Below are positions 57,092-64,000 of a DNA stretch of 64,000 bases, in pieces (the stretch's first letter is position 1; each line of letters starts with the position of its first letter). This DNA comes from Legionellaceae bacterium (GTDB taxonomy: Bacteria > Pseudomonadota > Gammaproteobacteria > Legionellales > Legionellaceae). The stretch lies in the NCBI GenBank assembly GCA_029213075.1, contig JARGPO010000080.1, forward strand, positions 34,658 through 98,657, given 5' to 3'. Both the position numbers and the translations under genes were made by a program. The notes below the pieces were generated by a model, which worked only from the letters and a program-made list of their open reading frames with translations, did no database searches and was not told the origin of the DNA.

Positions 57092-58288
57092 ATGCACCCT
57101 ATCCAACAACATTTACGCACTGAGATTGAGCAGCTTAAGGTTAAAGGGCTATATAAACACGAATACCCTATAAAAACAGCGCAAAGCACAGATATTGCGG
57201 TTGAGAATGGTAAGCATGTCTTAAATTTTTGTGCAAATAACTACCTGGGACTAGCAAATGATCCAGAGCTTATTGAAATGGCCAAAAAATCTCTCGACGA
57301 TTTTGGATTTGGTATGGCCTCAGTCAGATTCATCTGCGGGACTCAAACTATTCATAAACAATTAGAGAAAAAAATAAGTGATTTTTTAGGGACTGATGAC
57401 ACAATATTATATTCATCTTGTTTTGACGCAAATGGTGGCCTATTTGAAACTCTCTTGGGGCCAGAAGACGCTGTAATTAGTGACTCCCTAAACCATGCGT
57501 CCATTATTGATGGTATTCGTTTATGCAAAGCCAAGCGCTTTCGCTACAAAAACAATGATATGGCTGACTTAAAAACTAAATTAGATGAAGCAAAGGCCGC
57601 GGGCTCACGGTTTATTATGATTTCGACTGATGGTGTATTTTCAATGGATGGCATCATTGCTAATCTAAAAGCAATTTGTGACTTAGCAGATGAGTATAAC
57701 GCGCTCGTCATGGTTGATGACTCGCATGCGGTTGGCTTTATGGGTGAACATGGCCGCGGTACTCCTGAGTATTGTGGCGTTGCAGATCGAATAGATATAT
57801 ATACTGGGACACTTGGTAAGGCGCTAGGTGGAGCATCAGGAGGATATACTTCTGGGCGAGCTGAAATTATTGAGTGGTTACGAAACCGCTCGCGCCCTTA
57901 TTTATTTTCAAATACTCTTGCGCCGGTTATAACAGCGACTACACTTAAAACGATAGACTTACTGAGTACAGAGCGTGGTGCAAAGCTTCGTCAGCAGTTA
58001 CGTGATAATAGCGAATATTTCCGTAATGGCATGAGTAAACTTGGTTTTGAGCTAGTTCCAGGAGAGCACCCTATAATACCAGTAATGCTAGGTGATGCAG
58101 TATTAGCATCTAAAATGGCAAAACGCATGCTTGAAGAAGGAATTTATGTTATCGGCTTCTCTTTCCCTGTTGTTCCAATGGAACAGGCACGGATTAGGGT
58201 GCAAATGTGTGCAACTCACACACGTGAACAGCTAGATAAAGCAATAAGAACTTTTGCCTCAGTAGGAAAAGAAATGGGAGCAATTTAA
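57092..58288 (+). CDS. kbl: glycine C-acetyltransferase (2-amino-3-ketobutyrate CoA ligase)
   Basis: Collinear with E. coli Kbl ([68 protein letters not shown]). The ATG at 57092 gives 398 aa. Confidence 0.94.
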   Translation: MHPIQQHLRTEIEQLKVKGLYKHEYPIKTAQSTDIAVENGKHVLNFCANNYLGLANDPELIEMAKKSLDDFGFGMASVRFICGTQTIHKQLEKKISDFLGTDDTILYSSCFDANGGLFETLLGPEDAVISDSLNHASIIDGIRLCKAKRFRYKNNDMADLKTKLDEAKAAGSRFIMISTDGVFSMDGIIANLKAICDLADEYNALVMVDDSHAVGFMGEHGRGTPEYCGVADRIDIYTGTLGKALGGASGGYTSGRAEIIEWLRNRSRPYLFSNTLAPVITATTLKTIDLLSTERGAKLRQQLRDNSEYFRNGMSKLGFELVPGEHPIIPVMLGDAVLASKMAKRMLEEGIYVIGFSFPVVPMEQARIRVQMCATHTREQLDKAIRTFASVGKEMGAI

Positions 58289-59311
58289 ATGAAGGCGTTA
58301 TCAAAAATACACGCGAAACCAGGTCTTTGGATGACCGACGATCCTAAGCCTAAAATGGGCCGCAGTGATGTAATGGTTAAAATTCACAAAACTGCTATTT
58401 GTGGAACGGACTTACATATCTACAACTGGGATAGTTGGGCACAAAAAACAATTGCTATTCCAACTAGGACCGGACATGAATTTGTTGGTGAAATCATTGA
58501 TATAGGTGAGGATGTACGTGGTTTTAAAGTTGGCGATAGAGTTTCTGGTGAGGGCCACCTAACCTGCGGTCAATGTCGAAGCTGTCGCGCTGGACGTAGA
58601 CATTTATGTAGAAACACAATTGGCTTTGGAGTTCAATCTCCTGGGGCATTTGGTGAATATTTCGCGCTACCTGAGGCAAACACATTTAAAGTTCCTGATG
58701 ATATTTCCGATGATATTGCGGCAATCTTTGACCCTCTAGGTAATGCCGTACACGCAGCCCTTGAGTTTGACGTAACAGCTGAGGATGTGCTTGTTACAGG
58801 CGCAGGTCCTGTTGGCTTAATGTCGGCTAGCATCTGCAAGCATTCTGGGGCTAGAAATGTAGTTATCACGGATATTAACCCATATCGACTCGAGCTTGCG
58901 AAGAAAATGGGTCTTCACGCTGTTAATCCTCAAGAACAATCTCTAAAGGATGTAATGCAAGAGTTAAAAATGACTGAGGGATTTGATGTTGGTCTTGAAA
59001 TGTCAGGCTCTCCACAAGCATTTAAAGAAATGATCAAAGCCATGAATTATGGTGGAAATATCGCCTATATGGGAATCCCAGAAGGTGACTTTTCAATAAA
59101 TTGGCATGATATCGTTTTTAAAAGTATTACTATCAAAGGATTATATGGCCGGCAAATTTTTGATACTTGGCACAAAATGGCCTGCATGATTTCAAGTGGG
59201 TTAGACGTAACACCCGTTATAACGCATCATTTTAAGGTTGATGACTTTCAAAAAGGATTTGACGCAATGTTATCAGGTAAGGCGGGTAAAGTTATCTTAA
59301 ACTGGGAATAA
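58289..59311 (+). CDS. tdh: L-threonine 3-dehydrogenase
   Basis: Zn-ADH fold ([32 protein letters not shown]). Directly follows kbl. Confidence 0.94.
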   Translation: MKALSKIHAKPGLWMTDDPKPKMGRSDVMVKIHKTAICGTDLHIYNWDSWAQKTIAIPTRTGHEFVGEIIDIGEDVRGFKVGDRVSGEGHLTCGQCRSCRAGRRHLCRNTIGFGVQSPGAFGEYFALPEANTFKVPDDISDDIAAIFDPLGNAVHAALEFDVTAEDVLVTGAGPVGLMSASICKHSGARNVVITDINPYRLELAKKMGLHAVNPQEQSLKDVMQELKMTEGFDVGLEMSGSPQAFKEMIKAMNYGGNIAYMGIPEGDFSINWHDIVFKSITIKGLYGRQIFDTWHKMACMISSGLDVTPVITHHFKVDDFQKGFDAMLSGKAGKVILNWE

Positions 59312-59344
59312 AATTCCAGTTTAAGATAACTTGTATTCGTCCAA

Positions 59345-60133
59345 TTAACTTAAACGAGAACCAGCAGCATAATCATCATTAGTATCTAAACAGCAAGAAG
59401 GCATCGAATCCCAAAATTTATATATATTCCCTTGTTCAAGCTGTAAATGACTTTTATCTACATTTTCAAGAGCCGTCGATATAGAGTCATTATCAAAAAC
59501 ATTTCCACTAAAGGTATCTATTGTAGAACAATCTTTTTGAATCTTGTCTGATAAATTGGATACTTTAGTCCATCTTGAAACATGTGTTTCCTCATTTGTA
59601 CGAAGTAGTTCTTTCTGGTCATTTGAAAACCAAACAAACGCTTGAGATACAACTATTGCACCAATAGAAATTATAATAAGCGCAATTATAGTGTTAGTAA
59701 CAATATGTGTGGCTGCCAGAAATATCCCTAAGGCTAAAAGACCAAGAAATGGAGCTGCAAAAATAAAAGGAACTATATAGTAAGAACGCCGTTTATTAAT
59801 AAGTTTATTTCTTCCTGCTGAATTTGCAACAAAAAGATCATGTCTACGAGTACTAATTATATCGTCTATCAAATGAGAGTTATAATCATTTCGTTGATTG
59901 ATTATAGCATTATAGGTTGTGGAAACGTTTCTATGTATATCATTACTTCCTCCATTTGCGGTTTTCATACATATTGCAAGGTTTCCCAATAGAACTTTAT
60001 TTTCCTGACTATTCTTTTTAGTAAAAATATACAAGTCCATTAATGCAAGAATATAGGCTTTGCGGCTTTCTAAAAGCTTACTATGAAAATAAGGTTTCTC
60101 TGATTTAGCTACAGTCATTTGCTTTTTATCCAC
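59345..60133 (-). CDS. hypothetical membrane protein with central two-helix hydrophobic hairpin
   Basis: 262 aa. The polar N-terminal 125 aa are followed by IVPFIFAAPFLGLLALGIFLAA-THIVTN-TIIALIIISIGAIVVSQAFVWF and then a polar C-terminal 90 aa. GTG start at 60133, or ATG at 60118. Confidence 0.65.
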   Translation of the reverse strand: MDKKQMTVAKSEKPYFHSKLLESRKAYILALMDLYIFTKKNSQENKVLLGNLAICMKTANGGSNDIHRNVSTTYNAIINQRNDYNSHLIDDIISTRRHDLFVANSAGRNKLINKRRSYYIVPFIFAAPFLGLLALGIFLAATHIVTNTIIALIIISIGAIVVSQAFVWFSNDQKELLRTNEETHVSRWTKVSNLSDKIQKDCSTIDTFSGNVFDNDSISTALENVDKSHLQLEQGNIYKFWDSMPSCCLDTNDDYAAGSRLS

Positions 60134-60560
60134 AGGTAATGATGATTTAAGCGATAATACTGCTTTAATTAAGGCATGTCAACTATATAGCCAGAATGCC
60201 CAACGTAAGAGCGACCATGCCGGGAGATATTATCACTAAGTGTTTATTTATAACTCCCTGGCGTTAGTTTTAATCTACTGCCATCATCTACGCCTTTTCT
60301 TTCATCAACGTCCTATAGCCACCGGTCATACATACTTCACCAACCGTCTTCTCGACCAACATCCTCACGCAAATCCACACCATACTCCTCTCGTGTTTCA
60401 TGCATTGCTGCTAATAATGGATTTTCACTATAAATGCTAAATCTATTCTCCACTAAAGCATTTAAAATGACTAACCAATACCAAAATATGGATTTAACTA
60501 TATCTATAACATACACTGTCAAAACGCGTTATCATGAACTAATAATCTTTTTTTAAATGA

Positions 60561-61706
<1,146 letters not shown>

Positions 61707-61754
61707 CGGCTTGTCCTTTATCTCATATAACTATCAATATCTAGGAGTATTTTG

Positions 61755-62591
61755 ATGACTCTTAAAGAGTTAAATACTAATAAAAGTTTTGGTGGATGGC
61801 ATAAACAATACAACCATTACTCGAAAACTCTAAAATGCACTATGCGATTTTCTATCTACCTGCCACCACAATCTGCAAACGGAAAAGTACCGGTGCTGTA
61901 TTGGCTTTCTGGCTTAACCTGTACAGATGAAAATTTCATGCAAAAAGCAGGAGCCCATCGTATTGCAGCTGAACTAGGCCTTGCAATTGTAACTCCTGAT
62001 ACAAGCCCTCGGGGTAGTGGGGTTGCTGATGATGAAAATTATGATTTGGGACAAGGAGCTGGTTTTTACGTCAACGCAACTGAAGAACCTTGGCGTAACC
62101 ATTATCAAATGTATGATTATGTAGTTCACGAGTTGCCGAAAATAATTGAGGAAGAATTTTCTGTAGCAGATAAGCGATCTATTGCGGGACATTCAATGGG
62201 CGGTCATGGCGCATTAACCATTGCCATGTTAAATCCAGAGCGCTACAAATCAGTATCGGCGTTTAGTCCGATAAGCAACCCAATGAACTGCCCATGGGGA
62301 CAAAGGGCTTTTACTGCATACTTAGGTGAAAATCAAGAAAATTGGCAAAGTCATGATGCCAGTGAATTAATGCGACAAGCAAAAAAATTCGTGCCAACGA
62401 GAGTTGAGCAAGGCACTTCTGATGATTTTATAGAGACACAACTAAAACCTGAAAAATTAGCGAACGCCGCCAAGGAAAATAACTACCCTCTAGAGTTATA
62501 CCTTCAAGAAGGTTATGATCACGGCTACTACTTTGTATCAAGCTTTATTAAAGAGCACCTTTGCTTCCACGCAATGCATCTTAGCAAATAA
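61755..62591 (+). CDS. fghA: S-formylglutathione hydrolase (esterase D family)
   Basis: GGWHKQYNH.S, VLYWLSGLTCTDENF and the nucleophile motif GHSMGGHGAL. Confidence 0.92.
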   Translation: MTLKELNTNKSFGGWHKQYNHYSKTLKCTMRFSIYLPPQSANGKVPVLYWLSGLTCTDENFMQKAGAHRIAAELGLAIVTPDTSPRGSGVADDENYDLGQGAGFYVNATEEPWRNHYQMYDYVVHELPKIIEEEFSVADKRSIAGHSMGGHGALTIAMLNPERYKSVSAFSPISNPMNCPWGQRAFTAYLGENQENWQSHDASELMRQAKKFVPTRVEQGTSDDFIETQLKPEKLANAAKENNYPLELYLQEGYDHGYYFVSSFIKEHLCFHAMHLSK

Positions 62592-62610
62592 TTAATAATT
62601 GGAGGATAAA

Positions 62611-63711
62611 GTGTCTCATCTAGAAGCAAATGAATTACTTCGCTATCAACGCCATTTTCCAGTTATTGGTATCTCTGGACAACAACAATTAAAGCAAGCA
62701 AAAGTACTTTGTATCGGCGCAGGTGGGCTAGGATGTCCGGCTTTGCAATATCTTGCTGCTGCTGGTATTGGCACCTTAGGGGTCATGGATGAGGATACAA
62801 TTGAGATAAGTAATTTACAAAGACAGATTTTATTTAATGAACATGATATTGGTCGTAATAAAGCAATTGTGGTATCAGAACGGCTGCACACTCTTAACAG
62901 CCATATATCGATTGATGTTTATTCTAAGTTTTTATCTGTAAATAACGCTAATAAAATAATAGCTAATTATGACGTTATATTAGATGCAACAGATAATTTC
63001 AAAACGAGATATTTACTAAATGATGTTTGTCGAACCCTAAATAAACCTTTGATTTCAGCAAGCATTTATCAGTTTGACGCGCAGTTGAGTGTATTTAACT
63101 ATAAAAATGGCCCTTGCTATCAATGTTTATACCCAGAGCCGCCTCCACCAACGTTATCCCCTAACTGTACTGCTGGAGGTGTGCTAGGGGTCCTGCCAGG
63201 ACTAATTGGTACGCTTCAAGCAACTGAAACTATAAAAGTTATTTTAGAGATGGGTGAGATCCTCTCTGGAACATTATTAACTATGGATTTACGCTCGATG
63301 AGTTTCAATAAATTTGAAATTCCAAAACAAAATTGTAATTGCCATATCCCTGTAATATTCAACAAATCTGAACAGGTATATGAGGATATGTCATTTCATA
63401 ATATCAATGCACTGGATCTTTCCAAATTAATTATAGAACCGGAGCACAAAATACAGTTAATCGATGTTCGTGAACCATATGAGCATGCAATGTGTAATAT
63501 TGGTGGTATAAATATCCCTTTATCATCACTTGAAAATAATTGTGATAAATTTGATAAAAATAGGAAGACTATTATTTATTGTAAATCTGGCGCACGTGGT
63601 GCAAGTGCCTGCAAGTTACTACAAAACTTTGGATTCAAAAACCTAAAAAATTTAAAAGGAGGTATTTTAAGCTGGATTGATACAGTTGATAATAGTTTAT
63701 TACGTTATTAG
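62611..63711 (+). CDS. moeB: ThiF/MoeB-type adenylyltransferase with C-terminal rhodanese domain
   Basis: RYQRH...GAGGLGCP nucleotide loop, CxxC pairs (CYQC, CNC) and a C-terminal rhodanese fold with IIYCKSGARG. A GTG at 62611 sits 4 nt after GGAGGA; the ORF-track TTG is at 62599. Confidence 0.85.
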   Translation: MSHLEANELLRYQRHFPVIGISGQQQLKQAKVLCIGAGGLGCPALQYLAAAGIGTLGVMDEDTIEISNLQRQILFNEHDIGRNKAIVVSERLHTLNSHISIDVYSKFLSVNNANKIIANYDVILDATDNFKTRYLLNDVCRTLNKPLISASIYQFDAQLSVFNYKNGPCYQCLYPEPPPPTLSPNCTAGGVLGVLPGLIGTLQATETIKVILEMGEILSGTLLTMDLRSMSFNKFEIPKQNCNCHIPVIFNKSEQVYEDMSFHNINALDLSKLIIEPEHKIQLIDVREPYEHAMCNIGGINIPLSSLENNCDKFDKNRKTIIYCKSGARGASACKLLQNFGFKNLKNLKGGILSWIDTVDNSLLRY

Positions 63712-63800
63712 GCAATACTAACAACTTAATTAACATATTAATGGGCCTTAATTCAACATCATGTGTTATAGTGGGCCTCGACTAATTTTTAACAATACTC

Positions 63801-64000
63801 ATGAATCCAAGAGAAGAAATATTTCATATTCCAAGCCCAAAATATATTAAAATTGCAGATAGACCATTAAATCAAGCTGGAGCAGTTGTAAAAACGCTAT
63901 CACTAGCTGAAATAAAAGAGCAGTTTAACTTTGACTACCTTGAAAACTACACAATAAACGCACAAGATCTTCCTACTGAAGGCAGGGAGAGTCTATACGC
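63801..64000 (+). CDS. hypothetical protein (5' part only; runs off window)
   Basis: Hand translation from the ATG at 63801 gives MNPREEIFHIPSPKYIKIADRPLNQAGAVVKTLSLAEIKEQFNFDYLENYTINAQDLPTEGRESLY..., open to the window end. No family recognised. Confidence 0.4.
   Translation, partial: MNPREEIFHIPSPKYIKIADRPLNQAGAVVKTLSLAEIKEQFNFDYLENYTINAQDLPTEGRESLY

Overview
AT-rich (roughly high-30s % GC by eye) chromosome segment of a Legionellales-type gammaproteobacterium (Legionella/Coxiella/Rickettsiella-like), assigned from the Dot/Icm proteins and gene order. I support about 65 protein genes, one tRNA-Val(GAC) and no rRNA. Most of the window is syntenic housekeeping. The blocks are add, dut, algC, lpxC, dacB; cbpA-cbpM; the putrescine operon aguB-speA-aguA; rpoH; ftsYEX; tsaE-amiB-mutL-miaA; rplM-rpsI-petABC-sspAB; tRNA-Val-thrS-infC-rpmI-rplT-pheST-ihfA; kbl-tdh; and frmA-fghA-moeB. 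The main accessory content is a compact Dot/Icm type IVB secretion 'region I' (dotD-dotC-dotB, convergent dotA-icmV, divergent icmW-icmX) at 19.9-27.8 kb. Scattered between core genes are lineage-specific orphan genes: an 842-aa and a 727-aa helical protein, a 262-aa protein with a two-helix hydrophobic hairpin, and a 157-aa protein with an acidic tail. These are best read as candidate Dot/Icm substrates. Other accessory items are umuDC with an N-terminally extended UmuD, a secreted Cys-rich mini-protein, an orphan PAS-receiver protein, and a decayed GGDEF gene next to a possibly 5'-truncated FAH-family gene. At least three families of palindromic or MITE-like repeats fill the gene-free gaps at 9.0, 15.0-15.7, 36.9, 51.2 and 54.8-55.0 kb. 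I found no CRISPR array, transposase, integrase, prophage or recognisable defence genes. I cannot demonstrate a wholly new multi-gene system from the sequence alone. The strongest leads are the orphan effector candidates, the structured repeat family whose hairpin shows compensatory changes, an attenuator-like element in front of pheS, and a strand-skewed GGA-rich non-coding stretch at 60.2-60.4 kb.
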